Source: Paraspadella gotoi (Eukaryota; Animalia; Chaetognatha). From it: a stretch of 64,000 bases of DNA. Position numbers and translations under genes: made by a program. The stretch covers positions 1,814,537 to 1,878,536 of the forward strand of contig CM119269.1 of the NCBI GenBank assembly GCA_051294375.1, read 5' to 3'. The first letter of the stretch is position 1. Every line of letters begins with the position of its first letter. Shown in pieces: positions 22,836 through 35,989 of this stretch. The notes under the pieces are model-generated. The model was not told the DNA's origin, did no database searches, and saw nothing but the letters and a program-made list of their open reading frames with translations.

Positions 22836-23436
22836 GTGAGTTTTTGTCTAACTATTATTTTATTATTATTTGCATTATCAAAAACCCGTATAAATTTAAA
22901 TTCTAACGGTAACATGATTCGATCGTGAATGAAAATGTATCAAAAAAGCCAGAATAAAGATAACATTGACCTTAAAAAAGACTGCTTCAGTCACTCAAAA
23001 AGACCGGTCTTATAATTTGACCGAGAGAGAAAGATAGGCGAGGCATAATATTTCTACAATCATTTTAAAAACTACTTATCTATCACTTTCGTTGTAATGT
23101 TTGTTTTCTCGATATTCTCTGAATATTGGACAAATANNNNNNNNNNNNNNNNNNNNNNNNNNNNNNNNNNNNNNNNNNNNNNNNNNNNNNNNNNNNNNNN
23201 NNNNNNNNNNNNNNNNNNNNNNNNNNNNNNNNNNNNNNNNNNNNNNNNNNNNNNNNNNNNNNNNNNNNNNNNNNNNNNNNNNNNNNNNNNNNNNNNNNNN
23301 NNNNNNNNNNNNNNNNNNNNNNNNNNNNNNNNNNNNNNNNNNNNNNNNNNNNNNNNNNNNNNNNNNNNNNNNNNNNNNNNATAATAATAATAATAATAAT
23401 AATAATATATATTAAAAAAAATATATGTATAATAAA

Positions 23437-23467
<31 letters not shown>

Positions 23468-23905
23468 NNNNNNNNNNNNNNNNNNNNNNNNNNNNNNNNN
23501 NNNNNNNNNNNNNNNNNNNNNNNNNNNNNNNNNNNNNNNNNNNNNNNNNNNNNNNNNNNNNNNNNNNNNNNNNNNNNNNNNNNNNNNNNNNNNNNNNNNN
23601 NNNNNNNNNNNNNNNNNNNNNNNNNNNNNNNNNNNNNNNNNNNNNNNNNNNNNNNNNNNNNNNNNNNNNNNNNNNNNNNNNNNNNNNNNNNNNNNNNNNN
23701 NNNNNNNNNNNNNNNNNNNNNNNNNNNNNNNNNNNNNNNNNNNNNNNNNNNNNNNNNNNNNNNNNNNNNNNNNNNNNNNNNNNNNNNNNNNNNNNNNNNN
23801 NNNNNNNNNNNNNNNNNNNNNNNNNNNNNNNNNNNNNNNNNNNNNNNNNNNNNNNNNNNNNNNNNNNNNNNNNNNNNNNNNNNNNNNNNNNNNNNNNNNN
23901 NNNNN

Positions 23906-24005
23906 CCCGGATGGAGCGAAGCCGAACATCCGGGGGCCTGGATGGAAGCGATTCTGCGTCAACACGTGGCGGAAGTGGAGAGCGTCAAACGCGGCGCCTC
24001 CGAAG
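23906..24005 (+). CDS. 3' part of a candidate FZ-domain exon (5' end in gap)
   Basis: PGWSEAEHPGAWMEAILRQHVAEVESVKRGASE, then donor GAAG|GTAGGG in phase 1. This joins AT-TGC at 26569 to give ...SE-D-CRHL. Confidence 0.4.
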
Positions 24006-26424
24006 GTAGGGGACTGTGGTCTGGGTGGGCACTGGGCGGGGATAAACGCGTGGGCGCGTGGAGGAAAATGAGGCGTGGCCCGACGTCATTTCGCGTCAAA
24101 AAGCGACAAAGATGAGGCTATTTATAAAAGGGAAAGAAGTTGGCGTTTGGGGATGAGAAAAGGATCGGGGGAAGTTGGGATGGAGAGGCCGAGTGGGTGG
24201 GAAGGGATCGGCGAAAGAGAGACATGTGGTCGAAATGAGGTATAGATATCTGAAGTCGTGCATTGCAATACGTTCAACCCGCCTATAAGCATGTAAGTAA
24301 CCTTCAGTCGTGACCCGATGGCTCATGACTCATGGCTCATGACCATTAGGTGCTGGGATCGATCCGCAATGGTACCTACCCTGCGGGAAGCGTGAGGACA
24401 GCGCTGAACCTTTTTGGGAGCGTGGAAAACCATCCAACCATCAAGCCCAGGACCCTTTTCATAGCTGTTAGAGGGGGTTAAAAAAGTTACGGATAGCGCC
24501 ATATCCAGGATACGTGAATGCGAGTAAGAAGGAAATGTGGGAGAAGTAAAAAGGAAAAGGGTTCAGTGATGTCAGGAAGAAGACGAGGTCAAAGGGTCGA
24601 GTCGAAATGGAGTCATAAAGCGAAGGGGGGAAAGAAGTAAGAAATGTGCTTTAAACGGGTGTGTCGATGCTTGGGTGGGAAAACTTGGGTAAGTTAAGGG
24701 ACGAATCGATAGAGAAAATAAAGATAAGAATACGAGACGTCGAAGCGATGGAATGAGATGCGGNNNNNNNNNNNNNNNNNNNNNNNNNNNNNNNNNNNNN
24801 NNNNNNNNNNNNNNNNNNNNNNNNNNNNNNNNNNNNNNNNNNNNNNNNNNNNNNACGGAAGAGACGGTGAGGAAGCGAAAGAGGACGAAAACGGATATAA
24901 AGAGGTTGTTACAAGCAGACGAATGTCGTTGGCGAAATGTTTTCAATTTTGAGTCGATGCTTCAACCTTCATAACCTCTGCGTCTTGGGCGGAATTTTAT
25001 TGCGTCAAAACGACTTTTATATCTAAAGTCTCGGCGACAAAATATTTGGCGCGACCGCGTTGGGGGAGGGAGACTTCAAACTCTCTCTCTCTCTNNNNNN
25101 NNNNNNNNNNNNNNNNNNNNNNNNNNNNNNNNNNNNNNNNNNNNNNNNNNNNNNNNNNNNNNNNNNNNNNNNNNNNNNNNNNNNNNNNNNNNNNNNNNNN
25201 NNNNNNNNNNNNNNNNNNNNNNNNNNNNNNNNNNNNNNNNNNNNNNNNNNNNNNNNNNNNNNNNNNNNNNNNNNNNNNNNNNNNNNNNNNNNNNNNNNNN
25301 NNNNNNNNNNNNNNNNNNNNNNNNNNNNNNNNNNNNNNNNNNNNNNNNNNNNNNNNNNNNNNNNNNNNNNNNNNNNNNNNNNNNNNNNNNNNNNNNNNNN
25401 NNNNNNNNNNNNNNNNNNNNNNNNNNNNNGGAAAAGTGTATTTCCGGTCTTCATCTCCTTTTTTTATCCTTCTCTTTTTTTCTGAGAGGTGGAGGATTTT
25501 TCCTCTTTTTTTCTCTCTAGTCATAAAGATGCCCCCCTTTGGGGCTAAACTAGAAAGCGGGATGAAAAAATTAAAAACAAAAAAGAAGAGAGAGAAAAAG
25601 GTGGAGGGTGGGAGAGGAGGCGTGGCTGAACTGTAGAGTCGCGCTCGGAATTTTTTTGACGGAAATGGAAAACTAATTACAAACCGCAACGAAAAATATG
25701 AAGAAGTAATTCACTCGGGGTTTTTTTTTAATTCACTGTTTATATATGGAAAACATTTGAAAACATGCAGTTTGAATGTTAAACAAGTTAATTTCTCACT
25801 TTTAAAGTTAAGTCTTAGAATTTCTACCATGTGAAAGTATGTATGTTAATTAAAATTCGGTTCCGATATACTACTAAGAATCAGATCAAAATGTTAAAAA
25901 AGATGTAAAAAGAACATTGCCAAAAATATATCTGATATTTGATCCCAGCTCTCGTCCTCTCGCTCACCCTCTCCTTCTTAACTTGCAACCAAAAAAAAAA
26001 ANNNNNNNNNNNNNNNNNNNNNNNNNNNNNNNNNNNNNNNNNNNNNNNNNNNNNNNNNNNNNNNNNNNNNNNNNNNNNNNNNNNNNNNNNNNNNNNNNNN
26101 NNNNNNNNNNNNNNNNNNNNNNNNNNNNNNNNNNNNNNNNNNNNNNNNNNNNNNNNAAAAAAAAAAAGTCGAGCCGAGATTATTTTTTTTTCTTTTTCTT
26201 TCTTTTTTTCTCGGTTGTAATTTCGCTTTCCACCTTTTTAGTTTTCCGAGGTTTTTTCTAAGTCTTATTTCGCTCTATTTATGCTTTTTTTTTCAAAGTC
26301 TTATTCCACTCTATTTATGCTTTTTTTTTCATTTTGTTGTCCCAAATATTATGAAATATCGGCGAATCAAAAAATACATTTTATTTTTTCTTTCTATTTT
26401 CATTCTTCTTTTTTCTTTTTAGTT

Positions 26425-26504
<80 letters not shown>

Positions 26505-26568
26505 TCCTTGTCTTTTCTCCACTTTTTGATCTTTCTCATCCAACTTTTCAACTTCTCTCCCCACACAG

Positions 26569-26727
26569 ATTGCCGCCACCTCGTCTCTCTCTTCTTCTGC
26601 CTCATGCACGCCCCGTCCTGTTATTCCTCTCGTCTCGCCATCGCGCCCTGCCAAGAGTTTTGCTTCCATCTCAGAGACAGGTGTCTCTCTTCATCGTCGC
26701 CATCATCGTCGTCGTCGTTGTCGTCGT
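26569..26727 (+). CDS. Frizzled cysteine-rich domain exon (Cys3-Cys8); 3' end in gap
   Basis: Acceptor CTTCTCTCCCCACACAG. Translation DCRHLVSLFFCLMHAPSCYSSRLAIAPCQEFCFHLRDRCL matches the FZ pattern C-x3-L-x2-FLC-x2-YAP-x-C...PC-x3-C-x3-R-x2-C. Confidence 0.85.
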
Positions 26728-28154
26728 NNNNNNNNNNNNNNNNNNNNNNNNNNNNNNNNNNNNNNNNNNNNNNNNNNNNNNNNNNNNNNNNNNNNNNNNN
26801 NNNNNNNNNNNNNNNNNNNNNNNNNNNNNNNNNNNNNNNNNNNNNNNNNNNNNNNNNNNNNNNNNNNNNNNNNNNNNNNNNNNNNNNNNNNNNNNNNNNN
26901 NNNNNNNNNNNNNNNNNNNNNNNNNNNNNNNNNNNNNNNNNNNNNNNNNNNNNNNNNNNNNNNNNNNNNNNNNNNNNNNNNNNNNNNNNNNNNNNNNNNN
27001 NNNNNNNNNNNNNNNNNNNNNNNNNNNNNNNNNNNNNNNNNNNNNNNNNNNNNNNNNNNNNNNNNNNNNNNNNNNNNNNNNNNNNNNNNNNNNNNNNNNN
27101 CGCGGTCCTTCCCTCCGTCTCCTTGGCCGTCCCCCCCCCGGCGCCCTGGGCTGGCGGCTCCGGGGCTCGCGGGGCGCCGGGGCGGGGCGGGCGCGCGCGC
27201 GCGCGCGCGCGCGCGCGCCGCGCGCGCGCGCGCGCGCGCGCGCGGCGCGCGCGCCGCGCGGCACGCGCGCGCGAGCCGCGCGCAGCGCGCGCGCGCGGCG
27301 CGCCGCGCCGCGCGCCCACGCGCGCGCGCGGGGCGCGCGCCGGCGCCCCCCCGCGCGCTCCTTTCCCCGCCCCACCCAGCACCCCGCGCCCGCGCGCCCC
27401 TGGCGTGCCCGCGGCGCCCCCCTCCCTTTTTCGCCGGTGCGTTTTCTTTCTTCCGGTGGCCGCGGGCCGCCCGCGCGGCGGTGCCGCGGGCCCGGCGCGA
27501 CGGGCCGTGGCTCCGCGGAGCGCGCGCGCGTCGGGCCGTGGCCGCGGGCGCGGCCGCGAGGCGTTGGCCGCCGGGGGCGCGCACCGCCGGCGGAGGTTGC
27601 CCCCGGCGGCCGGCGGGCGCGCCCGCGGGCGTGGCGCGCGGGGGCGCTCGCCGCGCTCGCGCGGAGGCGTCGCCGGGCGGGAGAGAGAGAGTGGAAGAGG
27701 GAGAGAGAGAGGGATGTGGTTCACAGGGAGAGGGAGGAATGGGAGAGTGGAGGGGGGGTGAGCGGCCCTTGTGAAAGAAATTAAAGCGAGTTGGTATTAA
27801 GCATTAACAAAACTATATTGAATACCAAATAAAAATTAATCAAACAAGCAATGAAATATAAATTGAGTTAAATATAAACCATGACGATAAAGTTGCCANN
27901 NNNNNNNNNNNNNNNNNNNNNNNNNNNNNNNNNNNNNNNNNNNNNNNNNNNNNNNNNNNNNNNNNNNNNNNNNNNNNNNNNNNNNNNNNNNNNNNNNNNN
28001 NNNNNNNNNNNNNNNNNNNNNNNNNNNNNNNNNNNNNNNNNNNNNNNNNNNNNNNNNNNNNNNNNNNNNNNNNNNNNNNNNNNNNNNNNNNNNNNNNNNN
28101 NNNNNNNNNNNNNNNNNNNNNNNNNNNNNNNNNNNNNNNNNNNNNNNNNNNNNN

Positions 28155-28187
<33 letters not shown>

Positions 28188-29082
28188 GCTCCTGGCGAAC
28201 GAATCAATAATTGAAAGGAATGAACGCATTCACGTCATGGAAGTGGAGACGCAAATGATAAAGCGATTTTTAACTCTATTTCGTTAATTATTGATAGTTT
28301 TAATTATCCATTATTAATCATTGAAAAATGATATATTGGAAACGAGGGAGAGAAACAGAGAGAGATTGAACAGTTTGAAATCTAGTTCTCATAAATCTCA
28401 AAAAAATATATACACACACATAAGAATACCGAATGGCTCTGGTCTTTAGGCCCATGGCGATTGGCAGATGGCATTACCGATGACTAATCACTAATTAGCC
28501 GATGGCACCGGAAGCTGGCGCCAGCTGGAATTCCGGGAATCGGCTAATTTAGAGTCTGGCTTGGAGAACAGGTCGGAGATTTTGAGGCTTAGTTTCGAGA
28601 ATTTACATCCGCGGATTTTTGAGCGGCTGAGTTTTCCTATTGAGGTAAGTTTCGGAAACTCGACTCTGTCCTTTCGGAAAAGTTCCGACAGAGGGCTNNN
28701 NNNNNNNNNNNNNNNTCGTCGTCGTCGTCATAGCCACAGCAATAACACTTTATCCACGAGCCGTTCTAACACTCTTGACTCAACTCTGATCGCAGGACGT
28801 TTCAGGTCTTCCGGAACGAGCTGACTTTTTCGGACCAGACATTGCCGATATCCAAGATACATCATTCTTAATTTCTCTCTCCTTGTTATGTTTCTTTAAT
28901 TCGTCGTCGTCGTCGTCGTCGTCATAATCATCATCGTCATCGTCTTCTTCCTTCGATCTTCCGCTCGTTCGACCTCGTCGTCGTGGTCGTCGTCGTCGTC
29001 GGCCTCGTTGCCTGGAAATCTTCGTCGTTAGCAGCGACGTCATTCATCCGTTTAAATGTATCGTCATCTCTTTACTTTGTAC

Positions 29083-29201
<119 letters not shown>

Positions 29202-29575
29202 ATCATCGAATCCTCATCGTCATCGTTAGCGGCGTCGAAATCATCGGTTTAAAGATTCTTCATCATCATTTACAATCGTTTCCTCCCGCCCACTCCTGCC
29301 CCTTTCCCCTCCTCTTACTCTCCCTTTACTACTCCTTCTCATCTCCTCATCTCTTCATCCCTCATTTCTCTTCACTCGTTATTTTTCACTTCCTCTTTCC
29401 TCACTCCCCATTACTCCCTCCTTCCTATACTTTTTCTCTCCGTTTCCTTCCTTTCTTTTCTATTTTCTCTCCTTTCTTTCCCTCCCCTTACCTTAATTTT
29501 TCCTCCTACCCATCTCCATCCCTTTCCTCCCTCCCTTCGTCTCTTCTCCCTTCCCCCTTCTCCCTTCCTCCCCAG

Positions 29576-29743
29576 ATTTTTCCTCCATCGCCTGGTTGTC
29601 CTGCAACGTTCTCCCGCCACGGAGCGTCTCCACCGGTTGCCTCGCCCCGGACTCGGCCTCGTGGGCGGAAGTTGCCGATAGGGCGAAGGAGGAGGAGGAG
29701 GAGGAGGAGGAGGAGGATTCATTCGACGACTCTACTTTTTCAG
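29576..29743 (+). CDS. End of FZ domain (Cys9-Cys10) plus poly-Glu linker exon
   Basis: Long pyrimidine tract plus CCCCAG acceptor. Reads FSSIAWLSCNVLPPRSVSTGCLAPDSASWAEVADRAKE10DSFDDSTFS (FZ W-x-L-x-C-x-x-LP...C). Donor CAG|GTTTGT; 168 nt, phase 1 to 1. Confidence 0.75.
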
Positions 29744-29865
29744 GTTTGTTGTTCGGTCGTTGTTGTTGTTGTCGTTTCTCTTTTAGTTGTTATTGTGATC
29801 GGTGAAGGTTGATGGTCGTGAAATCGGCTCAAATGGTCGGACGATGATCTCTCGCCCACGAGCCT

Positions 29866-29953
29866 TTGCCACTTTGCCACTTTTGCCACTTTGCCACTTT
29901 GCCACTTTTGCCACTTTGCCACTTTGCCACTTTTGCCACTTTGCCACTTTGCC
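29866..29953. repeat. (TTTGCCAC)n 8-9-bp tandem repeat
   Basis: Read directly from the sequence. Confidence 0.9.
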
Positions 29954-30078
29954 TTGTTTATCGCTCTGGTCCGGCTCGAGTTCGCAATTCCTGTGCTTTG
30001 AACCGAGATCCAGTTTTATTTTTGTTTACGACGATAATTAAGACGAGGATGATGACGACGACGACAAGGACAACCTTC

Positions 30079-30112
<34 letters not shown>

Positions 30113-32822
30113 AGTCGAGGCAATTAACATGAAAGACTTACTTCTAGCGTCACTCCAAAAACGATGAAGAGGACAAGACTCGGAAGGGAATATTAACAAT
30201 AATCATTTTGATTAAAACAAACTTTACCCTCGATGCCATCGAGGAGAAAGTCTTCTCATTCGTAAATGACAACGACTCAATTCAACAAACGACGCTAAAG
30301 AGGACGAAGACGAAAACGCGACGAACGACAATGTGGACGAAAACGAGTTCGAGACCAACATCTATCATTACGACTCCGATAACGACGAAGACGAAGAAGA
30401 TGTGTCAACCAACAAAGATGATGACGCCTTTCGAACAGCAAACAACAACCACGATGACGACGACGACGACGAAGACCCGATCAAAAACGCGCGGGTCTTC
30501 GTTGGCGAGAGAATCAACAACAAAAGATCATCGCTTCTTTCTTCTCGCGCGGTAATAGTCGTCGTCGTCGTTGTTGTTGTTAAATATCTTCTCGCGAGAG
30601 AAATAATACGTATTTCTTTGTTTTTGTTATCACCTCTCGTAAAAAATTTATTAAGAGGACGATGTAGAGTGTGCAACTGTGCACAGTGTGCAAGTAGGTA
30701 ATTCTTAAGCGTCGCTCCTTCCTTTTAGATATCGGCCTCGTTGTTGTTGTTGTTGTTGTTGTTCTGATTATTATTTTTAGATCATGGGGTTTTCTGGAAG
30801 CAACGGAGTCCGGGCGGGCGTGGAGGTGAATTTCCAAAGGGTGAAAGTTGATCCAGGAAACGACGAATTTGACAAAATGGCGCAATACTATTGAGGTGCT
30901 GATGGCGAAAATGGGTCGGCGACTTGCCGCATTGAGGAATAAGAAATGGCAACGACGGTAATACTTTGGCAATTTGGAAAAGAAAAGAAGAAAGGTTTTC
31001 GCTAAATGGATGAAAAAGGAATAGGAAAAAAAAATTGGGGTAAAGTCCCAAAAATAAGGTCGTTGCTGAAGATAAGTTGGATGTGACTCGATGGAAAAGG
31101 GTTCGTCGGGTGGAACGTGATTGGGGTGAGGTGAGGTGAGGCGGGGTGGGGGTGAGGCAATGACGCCGTAAATGACGAGTGAAGAAGAAGAAGAAATCTT
31201 TTTTTGCTTTTTCACGAAGACGAGATGAAAGTTGCATAATTTCATGTTGTTGTTGTTGTTGTTGTTGTTATTATTGTTGTGTTTTTTTTTCAACGGAAAT
31301 GTTTGTAATGAGTGTGTTTTGTGGTGAATTTTGTGAGTTGGGGTTGTGAGTCTACGCTCACGTAGAAGAAAAAAAAGTTTGTTTCGGCCGTTTGCGTCGG
31401 CGGCGCCGAAAAATACGAGGCTGGACCGGATCGACCTTGGAACTCGTTCCCTCCTTGATGAATGGGAATATCCAAGGCAGAATAAATCACGTGTAGCCCT
31501 GGATAAACGAATCGCGGGTCGTCTGGGATAAATAAATCTCGGGAGAAAATATAAATCACGCGTATCCCGAAAAAATTTGAGAGGTGCAAAAGTAGAATGA
31601 ACTAATTACGGTTCTTCAATTAAATATATATTTGGAGATCATTACTTCTGTAACTTAACAACGAAAATACGGCTTTGTAAATCAAACAGGTTCATATCCG
31701 GATATAAATAAATAATTATTTCTAGAAAACTAAATATTCTGGTAGAATCTTTTACTAATCTTTTAGCCGCGACTCAGACTTTCACTTTGAACGAAAGTTT
31801 ATTTATTTTTTGTTATAAAATATGAAGGTTAAAAAAAAACGACAAAATTTTCTCGTCTCAGTATAAGTTTCCTCAGAAAAATTATATTTCTATTTCCCAT
31901 TTCTATTTTTTTTTTTTCAAAAACTTTCACGGTCTCCCCTTAAAAAATCCCTCCCACCTTCGTACCCTCGGCGGCAAAAAGAGGAATAAAAATGGAGAAT
32001 AAAAAAAAAGGGAAATCCCGCTGGGCGGTTTATTATCTCGTTAAGGGGTTTCTCTTTTCCGCTAGATGTTGTTCTAACGCAATTTTAATATTTACTAACT
32101 CTCCAACGTCTTTGGCGCCGTGGGAAGGTTTCCCTGCCAGAGACTATTTTTTTTTGCTCGCTTACGACGACGCCACCTGATGGTGGATGGATGGATGGTA
32201 GAAGTTGGGGGTGAGGGTTGCGGGATTAAAGATGGAGAGAAGATATAATAATAATAATGGGAATGGGAGGAAAGGAATGACGATATTACTAGAGTAAAAG
32301 ATGGGAAATTGTAGAAGAGAAGAAAGAAAAAGAATCAGAATCATATTCATAATTTTAGGATGAGAGTAAAAAAGGGAATCAAAGAGTATTGGACTAAAAA
32401 GGATGTGAAATTGTGAATTTCGATTTGATTTGATTTATTATGGTAAAAATGTGAAAGTTTAACACAATACGATTGTTAATGAGCTTTACAATGTACATTT
32501 TAGCGTATGAAAAGGTAGTTGAAAAGGGAGCTGCTTCGATGTAATAGATGGGAGAATCTTCAGACAACAAAGTCGTCGAAATGACTTCTCGTCGCCAGTT
32601 TTACTCTGGATTTCTTTTTCTTTTCATGTCGGTCGGTCTGTCTGGAGTTCTTTCTTTCGGCCGTCTGCCCGTCCGTCCGTCCGACCCTTTTTCTATTTAT
32701 CATTCTTTCCTCCCTTTTTCTCCTCTCACTTTCTTTGGATGGATTGTGTTCACCATCGTCCGATCTCTCGTTTTTACGGGGAATTGGAGAGAAAGAGGGA
32801 GACAGAGAGGGAGATGCAGGGG

Positions 32823-32870
<48 letters not shown>

Positions 32871-33084
32871 AAAGAAAGAGAGAAACCTATTTCACTTATA
32901 GCTACGTCTTTTGACCCTCCTCTTGATACTTTAAAGAAGGGAAGTATTTGTTAATCCAAGTCGGTGATTCATCGTCGTCTGCTTCGCTTTTTTTCGTCTT
33001 TGTCTTCTTCGTCGTCGTCGTCGTCAGCCTTTTTGTTTACGGGCCCGTAGTCTTGCTGAAGTCATGATCTCCGTGGGACTAAGT

Positions 33085-33258
33085 ATGATTGTGATAAATA
33101 TGATTATGATTGTGATGAATATGATTATGATTGTGATGAATATGATTATGATTGTGATGAATGAGATTATGATTGTGATGAATATGATTATGATTGTGAT
33201 GAATGAGATTATGATTGTGATAAATATGATTATGATTGTGATGAATATGATTATGATT
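33085..33258. repeat. 21-bp minisatellite, ~8 copies
   Basis: (ATGATTGTGATGAATATGATT)n. Confidence 0.93.
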
Positions 33259-33314
33259 GTCGTCTTCATTGTCATTACATCTGTCATTAGATCATGGGGT
33301 CTTCGTGGTAGTGG

Positions 33315-33370
<56 letters not shown>

Positions 33371-33881
33371 GTCGTCGTTAACGTCGTCGTATCGGCATCT
33401 TTGTCTCTCCGGTCTTCTTCGTCGTATCCGTTTAATACTCTCGGCGTCCGATGTTGATATAAATGGAATTTTCATCTCTGGCGCCGGCGCCATAAAAGAA
33501 GGTCCCATCGGTCATTCGGATTCCACTTCGTCCCAGTTTTCTCTCTCTCTCTCTCTCTCTTTTTTTTTCAGTTTGATGTCATTAATTCTCCTAACTGCTT
33601 TGAAAACGGATTCCTCTACGTGAATTGAAAAAAACTTAACAACAAATATTGCGATTTATCTAAAACAAGAAATCTTGAGTGGCGGACGAATGAATGTGTG
33701 AGTTTGTACAGATGGATATTGGCCAGATGTCACTGGTGTCACGGACGATTGAATTTTTTTGTGAATGGCAGTGGAACTGTTTCCTGAGTGAAGAACGATT
33801 CACGTAATCAAATTCCAAACTCGTTTCCGGTTGATTTTTGAAACGACTAATGGTGGACTGAAATCCACTAAGCGTTCATCA

Positions 33882-34070
33882 GCGGCCATTAGTACAGGAG
33901 GCAAGTCATTCGCCTCCCAACCCAAAGGTCCGTGGTTCTCGCCCGGTGGTCGCCAGGCAGTTAAGACGGACGGGACGCTTAACCTGTCTGTAACACGGTG
34001 TAACAGCCTGATCAGAAGCTCAGGGAGTGCTTATATTGAACAGCTCTGTCACTTACACATAACAATAATT
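33882..34070 (+). mobile_element. tRNA-derived SINE (tRNA-Gly-like head)
   Basis: A-box-like TAGTACAGGAGG, anticodon-arm-like TCGCCTCCCAA and degenerate B-box GGTTCTCGCCC. A unique body and an A/T-rich end follow. No intact cloverleaf. Confidence 0.5.
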
Positions 34071-34409
34071 ATTTTCTCTTCACTTTTTTTTAATTTTTTT
34101 GGAAAATATTCTTTAGCAGATTTGGTTTGGAAAGGAAAAAGCGATTATGCAAAGGATCCTGACTCCAACGGTCACGTTTGAACGCTTATTTTCTATTAAA
34201 TTAAAACGAAACACCACTTGTCTCATTTTAAAAAAAAAATTATTATAATTTTTGTTCTTTTATTCTTTTTTCTTTTGCCAGCGACTGAACGCTTTACGCG
34301 GTCTCTATGCAAAGAAGGTTCGTGCGTTGGATTGATTTATACCTTTTCTCTCTACTCTCATCTGTCTACTCATCTCTCTCATCTCTCTCGGCTCTCTCTT
34401 CTCATCGAT

Positions 34410-34440
<31 letters not shown>

Positions 34441-35003
34441 CTCTTCGCTTTTTCGTTTAGTTTTACCGGCAAAATGGGTTTTGTTTAACGTCTTCGCCTT
34501 GACAGCTTTTAAAAGGGTCGTGAGCGAGGTGGCAAGGTTGACGGGACGCAGCGTGATACTGCGTTCGGCTCACGGGACAAAGGGTTGATTGAGTCATTCG
34601 AAGTATTGCGTTTTTTGTGATTTTGGGTTTTGCTAAAATTTATAAAAGGGAAGACCACACAGATAAAAAGTGTTCGACATTGGTATCCCTGTTGGTGTCG
34701 CCACCGACGTCAATCTTAAAAGTCAAACCGACTTGGAAGGTTTCCTCTGTCGATGGCGATGGTTTATAACCTTTTTTTTAACCTGGTTAAACTTTCTTTA
34801 AACTGGTTAAACCCTTTTTATATGTTTTGGACTCGTCCTTTCTACAACGAGTTCTTAATGTTCCAAATGTTTGCGACGTCGTTTATCTCAAATACCGAGC
34901 GCAATGCCTGAACTGTTTTAAATTTTTAGTTAATTTTTTTTTAAATTCTCGCTTAATTAATTTTTTTAAAAATTCTAGCTTAATTAATTTTTTTTCCCCT
35001 CAG

Positions 35004-35208
35004 ACTCTAATCTGCCTTCACCATCTGTCGAAGACTATCGTCGCAACGCCGCGAGCGCTTGGGCGAAGACGACGACGAAAACGAACAACTGCAGCATCCT
35101 GCAGCATAATTGCCGCAACATCTTTCACTGCAGATTCGCTCTGCATAATTTTCACGTCAGATGCGCGAGGGTTTTGGACGGAAGACTGGATGAAGACATC
35201 GTTGAGAA

Positions 35209-35209
<1 letters not shown>
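35004..35209 (+). CDS. GAS1: GAS1/GDNF-receptor domain 1, N-terminal half (Cys1-4)
   Basis: Acceptor TTTTTCCCCTCAG and donor AAG|GTGAGA. Reads (D)SNLPSPSVEDYRRNAASAWAKTTTKTNNCSILQHNCRNIFHCRFALHNFHVRCARVLDGRLDEDIVEK, with the C-x6-C-x5-C-x10-C-A-x-V-L spacing of GAS1. Phase 1 to 0; this frame is absent from the ORF track. Confidence 0.8.
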
Positions 35210-35260
<51 letters not shown>

Positions 35261-35506
35261 TAAGAAAGGATGAGGAAAAATAAAAAAAGAAACTCCAGTC
35301 AAAGTGAATGAACTGAAGAAAAAGAAAAACTTCTTAAAAAATGAAAAAGAGAGAAAAAAAAATGAAGAATTATTACGGTTGTGAAATATCAGGGAGAGGA
35401 AATGAGTCGTCGAGAGGACGCTAACAGACCTAATTAAAGGGGAAGGGGATTTAGATTTTTTAATAAATCTTTCTTTGAAACTCTTTCTCATACGTCATAT
35501 TATTAT

Positions 35507-35583
<77 letters not shown>

Positions 35584-35860
35584 ATTTTTTCTTTTCTCTC
35601 TCTCTCTCTCTCTCTCCTCCCCTTTCATTTCTCTGCGGGGGCAGAAAAAATGGAATTTGAATAATGAAGAACGGATTCGAAATCATGGGGCGACGACGAC
35701 GACGACGACGACGAGAAAAAATAAAAGAAATAAAAGATGAGATGAAATTCGTCGTTTGACTAACGAGAGTTTCATTGTTGTTGTTGACTTTTTTTGTCCC
35801 TAACTTTCTTTGTTTTTTGTTTTTTGTTTTTTCTTTTTATTTTTGCTTTTAATATTCTTA

Positions 35861-35935
<75 letters not shown>

Positions 35936-35989
35936 TCATTCTCTCTCTCTCTCTCTCTTCACTCTACCTTCTTTTGAGTTTTGCCGCGA

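Noticed and set aside
27101-27680. Extreme GC/(CG)n block with long Arg/Ala ORFs as a gene, CpG island or horizontal transfer
   Set aside because: It is almost devoid of A/T, abuts a gap, and is open in all frames only because stops are impossible. Most likely a low-quality read artefact.
29960-33510. Acidic or Cys-containing ORFs (30333-30701, 30580-31293, 31290-31589, 33287-33508)
   Set aside because: They are driven by GAC/GAT microsatellites, interrupted by stops and have no family motif. Small real exons cannot be excluded.
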